NCBI GenBank assembly: GCA_964035545.1
Contig: OZ037767.1
Span: 3,297,680 to 3,361,679 of the forward strand
DNA length: 64,000 nucleotides
Direction of reading: 5' to 3'
From: Bugula neritina
Lineage: Eukaryota > Animalia > Bryozoa
Part shown: positions 45,050 through 61,059 of the stretch, one piece after another
How positions within the stretch are numbered: position 1 is the first letter of the stretch
Layout: every line of letters begins with the position of its first letter
Program-made: the position numbers and the translations under genes
The notes under the pieces: model-generated
What the model was told of the DNA's origin: nothing
Database searches by the model: none
Seen by the model: the letters and a program-made list of their open reading frames with translations, nothing else

Positions 45050-48000
45050 TTATACTTTCTCATTGTGTCTTTTCTTGTGATACGGCACTATAATGCCTCC
45101 ACCAGCCCGGCTAGATAATGTAATTTCCTTAAATGGCATCTTTTCGGCAAACTTCAGCTTGTACTTTCGCCGGAATCTATGAAAATGTGTATCATATTGA
45201 AGATACAGGATAATGCATGATAATAGACAGCAAAGACATAGAGTAGATGAAGGAATCAACCTAATTTCTGGCTACTTGAGACAAAAGCTTTCATTCTCAT
45301 CATACAAACTCATAGACAATGGAAAGGCATACTCACTTAGCCCGGGATCTTGGCTCAATAACATTTCTTTTCTGTAAGCTGTTGAACCTGTCCACTAGCA
45401 AGGAGTGGCTGGGCTAAAATAGCAAGCAAATCTCAGGACAGATTTCATGTTAAATGTGAAAACTTAGTGGGCAACTATCAACAGTTACAGCATCATTAGA
45501 AGCTGTGATCAACTCATACTGTATTATAATTACACTATATTACATTCATAACATAATATACTTTCACTATATTATGTTTATAATATAATATATTTTCAAT
45601 ATAATAGATTTATAATATAATATACTTACACTATATTACATTTATAATATAATATACTTTCAATATGTTATATTTATAATATGATACACTTTCAATATAT
45701 TATATTTATAATATAATATACCTACACTATATTACATTTATAATATTATACTTTCACTTGCTATGAAGATTGAGGTGTGTAAAACACAGAACTACCACTA
45801 TGAATAGTAGAGCTGTAAAGCATGGAAAATACCCTAAATTTGTTATTTGCATTTAACATTGAATAGGAATAGTATTCATTAGATAACATAAGAGTGCACT
45901 TGTACTCCCAAGAGCTAGCTCTAAGGATGGTGAGCATACCTTTGCCAATCTCATGGAGCCTTTAAGCTCACTAGTGAGTGCCACACTCTCCTCCATCTCT
46001 TCATATTTCTTCTTATTCAGTCGTTTAGTTCTCAAGCCATCGGAAGCTGAAAGAAGGGATTTTTTTCTAGATTTTTCTTCTGCCTGCTGCTCTTGAATAG
46101 CAATTTCCTTTCTAATAGCTCTGAACCTAACACAGACATAATGCTATTCGGATAGATGCGAGTTTATCAACATCAAACTGAATAAACTTGCCTTAATCCA
46201 ATACTTGAAAGTAATTTGAAGGCGGACACAAACCTATTTATAGACAGTTTTTATACTCTAAAGTCTAACCTGTTGTTGCTGTTTTTATCATCCAATATCC
46301 TTGCCCGCTTTTCCTTTTTCCGATTAGCTAGCTGCAACAGATATTCTCTATTCTTGCAGTTACACTTTTTACAATTCATATAACTTTTGAGCAAAAACAC
46401 ACTTAAATTAACACTTGTGGTAATTTTATTTTCTAAACGGAAAGTGTTTCAACATTAATTAACTATTAAGCCAAGGTGAAATCTGTAGATAGCAGCAACA
46501 CATATTAGATTAGTCTCTGTGAAGCTGAGTTTTAAAAAGGTGATTTTAAAACCATCTTTGCGCCATGTGGATATAATGTAAACACTCAACAGAACTAAGC
46601 AAGCATGCAAGTAAGGAAAAAACTACAACATGAACTATCCACATTTATTTGATGTATGTCCAACCTCTTGAAGCATTTCTTTACGTTTGCGTTTTTGCTT
46701 TTTTGTTTTCATTTTCTGTGCTGCCTTGGGAGGATTCCCGCTGCCAGTCAAAGTGTCGTCCTGTTCTTCTGTGTGTGATTCAACATCTGAACCATCGTTT
46801 AAGCCCAGACCTTGAGACATCTCTTTCAAATAAGACTCCTGCTTACCAGAAGAAGAAAGTTACGTATCACGTCTTCTAACTGAGTAGCTGACTTTAAGAA
46901 ATACAAATAAGTGACTACTTATGAAGCACTCAACGATAAGGGAAATAAGAACAATTGGGCACATGATCGACATTTGATATTCATTTCTCCAAAGAGTACA
47001 TTTGCAAATGAAATGAGTTCATGTTCCTATACTATTAGCCTCGCTCCATCTTGCATCTAGTGTACACAGACCTGGGTAGGGGGGCCCTCCGCCCCATAGT
47101 TGGCTGCCATTTTTTTAAGGAGCTTACGCTCTTCTAAATCTTCTTTGACCTGTTTTTTGATGACCTTTTGCAAAAGCTCCTACAAAATAATGAAATATTT
47201 ACTATATATTATAATACAATGAAATATTCACTATATATTATAATGAAATATTCACTATATAATATAATATAATGAAATATTCACCTTATAATATAACATA
47301 ACAACATATTCACTATAATAATAAAGTAATTTTGTTGTTTTACGAGACAGACATTGTATGTACAGTATATGGATCATATTATATTCACTTTAGTCTGCAG
47401 CTGGTGATAATAAAGACATAAAATATGGTTAAAACGTAGTAAAATGAGGTAACGCAATGCATAATAATGTAAAACTGATTTTTGGTATAAATATAGCATA
47501 TTGTTAATAGGCGAAAACACATATCTCAGTCTTTGCCTATAATTATATAAAACATTTTCATCATATATTTTGACATAGTAAGTTGTGAATGAGTGTCAGA
47601 AATTAGATATAACTCACTACACAGTCTATAGCGTATAATACACATTCTATAGCATATAATACACATTCTATAGCATATAATACACATTTTATAGCATATA
47701 ATACACAGTCTATAGCGTATAATACACAGTCTATAGCGTATAATACACATTCTATAGCATATAATACACATTTTATAGCATATAATACACAGTCTATAGC
47801 GTATAATACACAGTCTATAGCGTATAATACAATAGTTGAAAACAATCTGTAGTCAAAGTGGTTAACTCAGCATTTCAAAGAGGTAACAGTGCACAAATAT
47901 TGTAGGATCTCAGGCTACCTGGTGATCATCAAAGGAAGGGTTGTAGGAGGATCCAGGATGAGGGGCTGCCACAGCTGGTAAGGAGGAAGGTTTCTGCTTC

Positions 48001-51000
48001 AGTGATGTTGGTACCTAGGCAGCAAACATTACATTATAGTCAGAAAACAGTACATTCTAGGCAGCAAACATTACATTCTGTCAAACGCAGTGACTCACAT
48101 GGACTGACAGCTAAAGATGCTCATAACGAATCTTACCAGTGATTAATTCCTGTAATGAAATCTCTCTTTAGCTAGTTACTGCATGGAGTGGTAATCAAAG
48201 AAAGTAAAGTAAAGTAAAGCCTGATAAACTTTATTTATACAGTACCAAAATATTAATATATATCTCAGCTATTAACTATTTAATGTTTGAGGGTTTTATG
48301 CTCAAAAAATTTTGTTTTATAACAAATTTTGTGCAGACTTGTCATGAAAAAATTTGAATTGAAAAGCAAGTTCAAACTCTGAACTTTCAGGTCAGGTTAG
48401 TGATGAAACTGTGTGTTGCTGCAGCTAAGAATAGCACACAATGAAAGTTAGAAATAGCTACTGTTAGTTTCCTAATCAGTAAGCAAGCTATCACAAATCT
48501 CAAATTAATTCAAGACATGTTTGCACAAAATTTAATCAAAAACCAAATTGTTAAAGAGCATACAAACCTCAAAGAGTCTGTAGATGACAGCCAAGATATA
48601 ACACAAGTATTATGAATACTGCTTAGATTAGGTGTCAAGGATTCTTAAGGCAAGAAAAAATAAAATATTTTCTAATTGCAATATTATGTTTAAAAAACCA
48701 CTTCACAGATTCTTTAGACTATAAATGTAACTTCGAATTCACGAACAATTAGAAGATGTTACACTAGTGCGGAGAGACGTATCACAGATAGATACCTTGA
48801 CTCTACGTTTCTTAGTGACTACAGCAAAATGCTCATCCAAACTTTTGACTTGGTCTTCATTTCCCCACAAGTCGTATGTTTCTTGGTGAAGCTAAAAAGA
48901 TTATTATACAATATTATTATATAATGCAATATTTTTTAAATAATTCAACAGAATTTTGACTTTTTTTTCCTATTTTTGTTCATGCCTACTTATTATAGCC
49001 AATATTTACACTGAATTTTGCAATAAATCAATCAATCATCATATAATACTGGCTACCTGGACAGGACAGAGTGGAGATAGGTGAGAATACGATTATTATA
49101 TAATATTTTGTATAATATTACCATATAATATATTACAAAGTATTATGACATATTGTAGGCTGCTATATAATAGGTTACTTGTAAAACATTAGCAGCTATA
49201 ATTTTATAAAATGCCAAATAAAGTAAAATGACCCGCATGTATTATGCCCGTACCTTACTGTCAGACTCCAGATACTGTTGCCTTTTAGAGACGTCTTTCT
49301 TCCTTTGCTCTAATGACTTAACCTGACTTCTTGTAAGTGGTTTAATAGACTTTAGAAAATTTTGCTTAGTGTGACCTTTGACATGTCTACAGTATGACAA
49401 CAAAGGATAGTTATTGGGTAATAACTATAGTCCGAGTTCCAAATAGTATTGAGTCACTGAATGTTATTGCCTCAATAGGCTATATATCAACATTAGATAT
49501 GTGACCATTTTAAATAGTACTGTACATAATTAGTCAACAGATCGAGAATCGTCTTATCATTCTGGGAGCTTGTAAAGCAATTGGAAAGACATGCCTATAT
49601 ATCAGTTTATCGAAAATAGCACAGTTTACATCATTTGACAGATTTGGAATCTGGCTAGCATCAAGATATGAGAATAGAAAAAGATCCAATAACATAGAGC
49701 TAAGGTGCATATAAATAAATTCTACATAATATTTTTGAGCATTTTCCTCTTTCTATGAAGCTGATTTTTATCAAACACCGCTTTAATTGACCTCAGCAAA
49801 ACAAAAGTTTTTAAGTAATAAGAAAAGAACTAAGTAGTTAACAATTAGTCACTTTAAAACTCATGTGAGGTTATAGTCTCCATCCCTGTTGGAACCTCTA
49901 ATGAATACCTTGCTATAAAATTGAACAAAATTTTAATCAACTAAAACAGCAATTACATATCTCTTGTTAAACAATACAGGGTACAATGCATTATTACCTG
50001 GAAATAACAGGTATTCTAGGATCTGGTTCAAGATTAGCAAACGATTTTAGCTTCTTATATCCTCCTACAACATAAAAAACTCAATTGTTATTATTTAGCT
50101 TTAGCTGATCCATTTGTTAGTCTTAGCTGAACTATTCTCACCCAAAATGACTATCTAAGAATGCATTGAACATTAACATTTGTTGATTTAAACCAGGTGC
50201 TTGACTTGCCAATAATAGAGGAATCTGGTAGAGCTGGCCCTCCAGAAGATTTTTCATCAATAAAAAACAGCTCCTCGTTAGTTTTACCACTCACCAATCC
50301 ACTGCAAGAAAAACAATCAACTCATCAGGTTACTGTTTAAGCAAACTCAACACAGATATGGAAAAGTAACTCTTTATTTTCTCAACCTTCATACCAAAGT
50401 TAATATTTTAATTTATAAGTTATAGAAATTTGATGATAGTAAAAACATAGTCTCTTACTACCATTTCCGTTATCAAGAAATCCCACATTCATTTACGCTT
50501 AGATAACTCTAACATGAACAATAAACAACAATTTCAAATGCTGTGCTTAAAAGTTGAATCATAATTTAATCAGTTAATATAAGCATGTAATAATAAAATT
50601 AATTCTAAATTACCAAAACTGATATCTATAAACGCAAATGTTAATATATATTTTATATTAATGCTACCTAATTATTATAAATGCATATCAATATAAAAAT
50701 CATAATCATTTAGCTTTACAATATCAGTATCGCTTATCAGCATGAGTAACAGCAACAGTATGCTGATCAGTATCAGTATGACCATCACCATGAGACTGAG
50801 TATGATAATTGATATTGCTAGTGCTACTGATACTCAGTATGAGCATCACTGTTACTATAGAGTGTAGTCGTAGACTTAGACTTTAGACACCGACAGTAGT
50901 CTGTAAGTCAAAGTGTAACTGTAAGACTAAGTAAGTGTAACTGTAAGTCATAAGGATAAGTCATAAAATTAAGAATAACTATAAGTATAAGTAAAGTATA

Positions 51001-51284
51001 ACTATAAGTATAAGTATAAGATCAGATATTAGTGCAATTTAACTATAGCGTATACTGTGTAACATGACACTATAAGTCACTGTAAAAGCCTACAACAAAA
51101 CAACTAACACGCTCTAATAAAATATACCAGCATGAGCATGTGTAACAATTACAAAGTGAAAGTCAAAGTGAAAGCCAAACCCAGTTCGCTCTTGCAATCT
51201 TTGATCTTCGATAAAGTCATCTAATTCTGTAGTGTCTACTTTTTTCCAGCCTTTTTTCTTGTTTTTGGGAGCCTTAGGTTTCAT
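45050..51284 (-). CDS. NOP53: Ribosome biogenesis protein NOP53 (GLTSCR2/PICT1)
   Basis: Exons 51181-51284, 50210-50301 (GC donor), 49998-50064, 49254-49386, 48796-48891, 47919-48014, 47072-47179, 46665-46838, 46270-46331, 45940-46126, 45337-45413, 45050-45176. Motifs KNKKKGWKKVD..EDQRLQERTGG, arch-interacting LFFID, YDLWG, PHPGSSYNPSFDDHQ, ELKGSMR..LLVDRFNSLQKRNVIEPR. Exact C-terminus less certain. Confidence 0.92.
45530..45755. repeat. AT-rich ~30-bp degenerate tandem repeat (NOP53 intron)
   Basis: Repeated cactatattacatttataatataatatact units. Confidence 0.75.
47620..47830. repeat. 21-bp minisatellite (NOP53 intron 6)
   Basis: About ten units T(C/T)TATAGC(G/A)TATAATACACA(G/T); explains the CIICYRM / CVLYAID ORFs. 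Confidence 0.92.
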
Positions 51285-51899
51285 TGTGACAATCTAAATT
51301 TATTTGAAACGTGAATCAAATCCCCAATTATTACTAGCATAAGTATAATAATAAAGATAATAAAATATTATCAAATTGAAATAACATTAAGGGGAATTCC
51401 GTTCTTAGTCGCGTGGAGAAATTTACCACACGCGATTATTCCTCTTGCAGAAAAGAGCATAATTATTATTAGCTTGTAGTTATTAAATAGTTTTTATTTT
51501 AATAAAAACCGTTCGACGAGTGTACGTATTTGGTTGGATTACAAGCTAAAACTGACAACTATAAAATAATCACCAAGGCATAATAGTAACAGTTCAGAGA
51601 GGTCAGTGCAAACCTGCGCTCGGCCTCATGTGTCAACTAGAGTCAAATTCAAAATGATATTCATGTTATAATATGATTATGAATATCAATTACAATTTTA
51701 CTGTAGCAACAACAAATTGCCCATAATAGTCATAGTAGAGTCACACAGACTATTAAACTGTTCTTTCTTGTTTTTGTCTAATTTGAATTTAAAATTCAAA
51801 ATTCAAATTAAATTTGATGTGAATTGAAATTTATGTTTAACTTCAAGTTCAACTCAGGTCCCAGGCTGTTTTCTATAGACTATACTAAATGAAAATCCA

Positions 51900-52160
51900 A
51901 TACAATAATAGTAATGCTAGTAAATAATAATACTATTACACTTACTATTACTATAACTATTACTATTAGTATAACCTTCGCTAGTACTATTTCAATTTGT
52001 ATTGCTATTAGTATTACTATTACAGTTACTATTACTATAACTATTACTATTAGTATTAGTATTACTATAGTATAAGTATTGGTATTAGTATTACTATTAG
52101 TAATGAGTATTACTATTTCAGTATTTGTATTATTATTAGTAATACTAATACTGTATTAGT
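51900..52160. repeat. Degenerate hexamer repeat (ATTACT/ATTAGT)
   Basis: Tandem tattac/tattag units between NOP53 and RBM34 start codons. Confidence 0.8.
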
Positions 52161-52620
52161 AATTTACTGTAATAGTCAAACTCAATACTGTCAATAGAGT
52201 ATAAATTATTCAAAGTAACTATAAACTAATAAAGTTAAACGATAAGTCTTATACAAGTTTCAAGTTTAACTTTAATTTTAAAGTCAAAAAAGTAATGATA
52301 ATATAAGTAATTATAGAAGTAATAGTAATACTAATAATAATTATCATTATGAAAACATTATGATTGTGATCATTGTTTGTAATATTTAAATTTATCACTA
52401 TAATATTCCCTATTGCATTAATGCTGCAAATAGTGATTAGTAGCACGAGCTATTAATATTATTAGTAATAGTATTGCACTTACTTTTAGATATTTACTAT
52501 GACATCTGTATTATGAAATGAATAGTAAATTATAATTCAATTTCATCGTGAAAACTAGATTTCAGCTGAGTGATATCTACAATTTAATTTTTTATTTGCT
52601 GTAGAATAACTTTGCTACCC

Positions 52621-55600
52621 ATGGAGCTGAATACAACTGAATATGAACAAGGTGGTCTAACCAAATTAATAACACAGAAATCCCGTAAAAAGAAATCTGT
52701 TTCAGTTGCAAAGACTGTTCCCGAGGACAAACTCACAACAGTATTTAATGATCCAAATGCTTGTGACTATCAGCAAAAACTAACTTTTGAAGAAGTAAGT
52801 TTTATGTAGTTATTTAGAGTATCTTTTCCATTTTGTGAAAGTTTCTGCAGTATTTTGTAACGTAACATATTTTTCTTTTAGGAACCTAGTCCTGATGCAA
52901 GTAATCCAAATGAAGAACGGAGAAAAGAAGTACGAGAAAAAGGCAAGCTGGCCAAGATGAGACTGAAAGAAAAATTGGAAACCGGAAATCGCACTGTGTT
53001 TGTTGGAAACTTATCAGTAAAAACAGAAAAGAAGGTATAATAAGCGTTTCTTGCAAATAAATTTTTTGTTATTGAAATTTTAATGAAGCTAAATTCTGGA
53101 CCGCCTTTTTCACAGTCACCATTAGAAGAGTCATTAAACAAATTATTCACTTTACACTCAAATTATACTCAAGAGGTTTCAAATATTTCTGTAAAAAGAA
53201 ACTTTCAGTTAAAAAAAGTTATTCTTTTTAAGTCAACTTACTTTTGTTTGATAATGATGTTTCTGCTAAGAACAATATTGAAGGTTTGCAATGTTTAATC
53301 TTGTAGGATTTGATGAAGTTTTTCATGAAGTATGGTAAAATTGAATCGTTGAGATTCAGAAATTTGGTAAGTTTATACGGTGACCAAGCATACAAATGTT
53401 CGAATTGTGTTGTGAGAGTAAGGCAGCAGTAGGTTTCTTCTTCAAACATATTGTTGAAATTTCAGACGTTGTGTCACTTTCACCTTTGTAGATGAGAAAA
53501 GATCTAACAAAGCCCTTGAAAGCTAGTGCCATCAAGTTAGTAGATTGATGTTATTCAGTTCTGCAATTTCTTCTTTCTTCTGTGCTATTTGTCTCTGTGT
53601 GTAATTTATGTACTATAATTATGGAACATTGCATCAACTATCTTTCTATAAACTTATACCAGTTTAGGAAAGTAATACAATTAATTTTATTGTTTTATCA
53701 TTTTGTAGAAAGGATTTACACCCTCTTTCCAAGTCCATGAATGCCTACATTATTTTTAAAGAAGAAAAGTCTGCTATTCGAGCTTTAAAAAGGTGATAAA
53801 CCTTTGTTAGATATTTTGCATAACTATATACATCTCTAGAATTAGCTAGCGTAAGAGATTCACCTGCGCTTTTCTAATACCTGTGTAAAAATAACCATAT
53901 AAACAATACCAGTTTCACAGGTGCTGAGTTTTAAACAAGTTCTTGTGATGTCGTTGGCAATTTGTAAATGGAATCCACTTTTTGAAAAATTTATAATGAT
54001 TCCTATTCTCACTTGGATTTGCTAAATTTAACTAGGATAACAATATTATATATACTATTTGGTAGAAATGGAAAAAATCTGTTAGGGAGTCATTTGCGGG
54101 TGGATTTAGCTTCATCGGTGACGGATCGTGAGGTAGGATTATCTATAAAGTAAATGTTTTCTAGTCACTTCATGTTCTATATTACAGTTTTCATGTTTTT
54201 ATATTCAGAATGAGTTTGTGGTGAGTAAGTGAATAAGAGTGAGTCAGTTAGTTAGTTGGTGAAGTAGTGATTTAGTAAATTAGTTAGTTCGTAACTTATT
54301 AAGTTAGTGGGTTAGTTAGTTAGTTAGTGAATCAGTTATGAACAAAATTACTCATGTGCTAAAACCTGTAGTGATATTTATATACACCTATTTCTAATAT
54401 TATAGGATATGTATGGGCATTACTCATTCTGAAACGTTTTTTTTCAGTTTCACTTGATCACTTGGTCAATAAAAATCAATATTGTAGCAATACGGTTTGA
54501 TACTATTAAGGTTTATGTCTAAAATTGTTATTTCGTTTGCATATTTTAAAAGCTGAACATTTGCTAAACTTCGTGGCTTGAGCTACTAAACTGAATCTCA
54601 TGGGATATATATAATACGAGGTATGCTCAGTAGAAAGCACTTGTTAAAAGTAAAATTATGAATTCAAAACTTCTCTGCTTTTGTAATCATACACCTAAAT
54701 TAGTCCATAGTGTACATTACTCTACTTTAAGTGTATTGAGTAAAATACAAACTTCTTGGCAAAAAATAATTATGTGGGTAGAGTAGTTCAAGCTTTAAGA
54801 CTAGACTATGTTTTGGTGTTGCCCATCTTTGGAATATTTGTACTGAAGTTAGTTGGCCAAGTGCTAGTGACGTATATATTGCAGTGGGTCATGGTTGGTT
54901 TGCTAGTTGGTTGATATTGTTCTATTCTTTGTAAGCCATCAGAATTACTTTACATTGTTTTATTCCCAGTGATGATTTGAGTGCCGGGAAAACTATGATT
55001 CCGATTCAATTTATTTTTCAGCCAAACAGAAAATGCAGTGTCTTTGTTGGCAACATGCCATTCGGTGAGTTCTTTTCTTCCATATTTTTTTGGAAAAATA
55101 ATAATGAATTTGTTGCAAAAAAAGTGAATTGGTTGTCAAATATTTTGAAGATTTTATTTCTGATAGATCTTGCTACTAGCAAACATCACTGCAATTCTAA
55201 GCTATTTTTAGTGGCCAATTGTCTTTGCTCTCTATTTTACTAGTATTACAGTGTCATTTAACATAACTAGTTCATCAACTAATATGTTCTGATTATGTGT
55301 GTGTTTTAGATGCACATGAAGAAGATGTAAGACAGCATTTTAGTGCATGTGGAGACATAGTTAATGTGAGATTGATCCGAGATAGAGAAACACGACTAGG
55401 CAAAGGATTTGGTTATGTAGAATTTAAGGTAAAAGCAAACATTTCCTACGTCCACTATAGTGTAGTAGTTGGGTATAATTTCTAGTAAAGAGTTATTGCA
55501 ATAAATAGAACAAATGTGGTTATGAAATACAATAATGCGAGTGTGCCGGGTGGGTTTAAAAAATTATTGTGTTTGTATAATTTCAAAAAAAAAAGTAATT

Positions 55601-58545
55601 GGCCAGTACGGGGCTCGAACCCGCGACATTCGCGTTATTAGCACGACGCTCTAACCAACTGAGCTAACCGGCCAGCTGACAACGTAGGGCACTATAGAAG
55701 TTTAAATTTGCACATGTTTTTTTCTCGCTTGTATGAAATATATTACTATAATGTTATAGTAGGCCTATTATTAAATCATGTTTGTAGGCTACTGGGCGAA
55801 CAATGTAATTTAGCAATATCATATAAATGCCAGTCTATCATCCAGAGCTCACAAAATAATATTTTATTGGGATGCAAATTAATTACGAAAATTGCTGTCC
55901 TATTTATTTCCAACCCATCAAACCTGACTATTCATCAATGAATAAAAGTATTGCAGCTATTTGGACGTGTTATTCATATTAACAGGACTTTTTCCCAATA
56001 ATATTTAGATCACAAAACTCTATTTAGAGAATTTTTGTTAAAATTGGATATCTTTCAGAAACCAGACAGTGTGCTGTTGGCTTTGCAAATGGCCGAGCAT
56101 AAGTTTGGGAAGAATAAGCTGAGAGTGCAGCGATGTTTGAAGCACACCAAATCTGAAAACTCTAATGAGAAAAAGTCATGGGCCGGCACCATGTGTAAGT
56201 AGCACACTGTATAGGCACACTGTGTCTCCCAATATCGTAGTTTTTTATTGTATTTCAATACAGTCCTTGTAATATTGTGTTAAACAGCAACTTACTAATA
56301 CAATATAGAAACCTATAGTATTTTATGTAGTTATAATTTTGGTATAGAGATTGCAAGTTTATTTCATATTGCTACACATTTATGCTGTTTTTTGGTTGGT
56401 TAAATTTGGTAGCAAAGTAGTAAATAAATGGCTATGGAATTTATGAAACCTTTTGATTTAAACTGCCACAACTACAGTGATGTGAAAAAGTTTAAGGACG
56501 CTTGCAGAAATTTCTATGTATCTTGTTTAATAGGCATTTCTTGTAAGTTCTTAATATTTTCCTGCAAGTTCTATATATCAGAATGACCCTTAGAATGTGC
56601 TCTACAATTTCCATCTTCTAAATTCTTGCTGTTGTGATGTTTTTTACCCATTTTTGGGCCAACTGCACAAGCAGCTAGGGAAGCGCAACTCCTGTATTTT
56701 TATGTAACCAAAGTTTATCAACTTTTATAACCACAAAAGGCTAAATAGTGAAATTAGATGTTGTGCATGGCATCATGATATCATAAAGTATGACTTCCTT
56801 TTATAATTTGAAATATGTCATTTAGTTGTGAGCTTTTACATGGTGTCTACTTGGGCGCTGCGCATAGACTAAATGAGAGCTGTAAATCTTCCTTCAGAGG
56901 CAAAGTTTGTAATAATTTTCTTGCACAAAGAAGGTTATTCAATTAGGAAAGTATCTGAAAAGGTTGGCAAAGTAAAGACAACTGTACATCAAATTATCAA
57001 GAAGTTTATGGACACTGGTAGTGTAGCAGATGGACCTGAAAATGGCCGACCAAAAATAAGCACACCTAGAGATGACAAGGTTCTCATTGGGATCAGCAAG
57101 AAAGATTGCCATAAAACAAGTCTTGAGTAGGCAAAGAATAGTCAGAATCAACAGGAACACCAGCTTCAACATCCCTGATAAGGCAAGATTGCTGAGCCAT
57201 GGTTTACATGGCCGCAAAGCAAGAGGAAGCCTCAACCAACCGAGAAGCAGCAAAAAAGCCAGTTACGGTGGGCCAGGGAGCCTGGTAATTAGACAGTGAA
57301 TGATTAGAAAAAAAGTAATTTTTTCAGATGAATCCATATTTAATGTGAACAATCATGCTGGAAACTGTTGTGTTAAAAGGTACCAGTATGAGAAATATAA
57401 CCCTTAATGTATTCTTCGAACAATTAAGCACCCTATTGGTGTTATGTTCTGGGGTTGTATAAGATCAAAAAGTGTAGCCCGACTCAGTAGTTGCTTTGGA
57501 ATGATGTTAATGCTCAAAAATATATAGAGAATCTCAATGCTAAACATCTTCCAATCATAAAAAACTTCTTTTTAAATGAAATTAACATATTTGAAGATGA
57601 CAATGCACCATGCCATTGGGCAAAAACAGTTAAAAAGTGGATGAAAAAGCAGAGGGTCTAAACGCTTAACTGGCCAGCACAAAGCCGGGACTTGAACCCA
57701 ATAAGAAATTCATGGTCAAGAATGGCTAAAATAGTCTCTTCACAGAAGTCAACAACTAAGGTGACACTCATAGAGCCTGTAATTCATGCATGGCATCATG
57801 TCGTGGCTGAAGACGAGTTGGAGAAGCTGTACAAGTCGATGCCTCGTCGCTGCCGACTTGCGATTGAGAATAAAGGCTGGCCAACAAAACATTGATACTA
57901 AAATTTAAAGCACTGTGTGTTGCAATGCTGCTATAATGTGTATAACAATTCACATATAATATTTTTCTATGTTTCAAGTAAAATATTCTGATGTCCTACA
58001 GTACACACAAATTGTGAGAACATTGAACAATTCCCATATATGCATAGTATCTCATTGTTTTACCCTAATCTTTGGAGGATGTAAAAAGAGACACTTATAA
58101 TTTATATGAATGAGTTAAGGAGATCTTAAGGATCATTTTGATAGGCACCATGCCTATGGAAATGCATTAGTTGTGTCTTAAAATTAGCTTGGAACATTGC
58201 TATTATAGAAAACAGGGAGGCGTCCTTAAACTTTTTCACAGCACTGTACTTTCAATCAACGAGTATTTAGTTGCAATTATCTCTGTTTGTTCTCTAGTGT
58301 CTCATTTAACTGACATACACAAAGCTTATTTCACTGTCATCTCTTTAGAGTGTTTAGTGAGTTTTCGTTCTCTCTTATTTGTAGCGGATAAACAGACCAA
58401 GTTCAAAAGTAAAAATCTATCGAAAGGCAAAAAGCAGAAGTCAGCTCAAGGTAACTCTAAAATTAAACAGCCAATATCAAAGAAACAGACACGCAAAAGT
58501 AGTTTAAGTACGGCTAAGCAAACATCTAAGAAGAAACAGAAGTGA
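52621..58545 (+). CDS. RBM34: RNA-binding protein 34 (Nop12 homolog), two RRMs and basic tail
   Basis: Exons 52621-52794, 52882-53034, 53307-53366, 53492-53535, 53709-53792, 54066-54132, 55022-55064, 55310-55428, 56059-56194, 58385-58545. RTVFVGNL, YGKIESLRFR, SMNAYIIFK, HLRVDLA, SVFVGNMPF, VRLIRDRETRLGKGFGYVEF are RBM34/Nop12 signatures. Confidence 0.9.
55585..55594 (-). terminator. RNA polymerase III poly-T terminator of tRNA-Ile
   Basis: T10 run on the minus strand 5 nt after the discriminator base. Confidence 0.8.
55600..55673 (-). tRNA. tRNA-Ile (anticodon AAT)
   Basis: GGCCGGTTAGCTCAGTTGGTTAGAGCGTCGTGCT-AAT-AACGCGAATGTCGCGGGTTCGAGCCCCGTACTGGCCA; all stems pair; poly-T Pol III terminator just downstream. 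Confidence 0.96.
56475..58246 (+). mobile_element. Full-length decayed Tc1/mariner DNA transposon (RBM34 intron 9)
   Basis: TA-flanked 27-bp TIRs CAGTG(A/C)TGTGAAAAAGTTTAAGGACGC (26/27); disrupted transposase 56873-57895 with HTH, GRPK, VIFSDES, FEDDNAPCH, WPAQSRDLNPI. Confidence 0.93.
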
Positions 58546-58898
58546 AACTTGTGAATCTAAAATGTTTTTGCGAGTGGTCAGCTTTTGTTTTTTGTTTGAA
58601 CTGATTAGTGACACTCTAAACTAGTGCTCTATATCAGATGTACAGATGACAGCCAAGGACATGTGCTCTACATGTAAAGATGTCTCAGTTCAGCCAGAAC
58701 GGCCAACTATTGGTAATTATTTTGTTGTTTCGAAGATTATTTTATTCAACTTAATAAACACTTGTAATTTACATGATAAATATTGTATTTGTAAAATAGT
58801 ATTTTGTACAAATTATTTGAGCAAACGCAGGTGCAATAAAGTTGTTGAAGTGCAATATAAACAATATTATCATAAAAAAGTATTGTTCTGACATGGAA

Positions 58899-60704
<1,806 letters not shown>

Positions 60705-61059
60705 CTACAAAACAATATACTTTTTCTTTTAATTTAAATTTGCATTAAATTTTTTCAAAGGTTCTCATTGTAAATATTTTATAATTCTGATTACGAAAAG
60801 TTGCTAGTATTTCATGAAAATTTAACCAATTTAAAATGATATCTCAACGTTTGAAAATCACGTCATTGGATTTTTTAAATTATCAATTCAACACTTAAAT
60901 TAAGTAGTAACTCTGTAAACTGATCAAGCAGTTCAACTTGCTAACCTCTCAGCCTTTACTAAATCACACGTTGAATACAGTCAAATCTGCTTACCTTGAA
61001 ACGATTGATCTGTAACTGAAGGGTGTTCAATATAGGCTATGATCTAACAGACCCTGCCT

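Noticed and set aside
47526-47845. Cys-rich repetitive ORFs
   Set aside because: Products of a 21-bp intronic minisatellite.
48400-48450. SECIS- or hammerhead-like hairpin (TGATGA..TGTGTG..CACACA..GAAA)
   Set aside because: Lacks CUGANGA core and a proper GA quartet register; intronic and antisense to NOP53.
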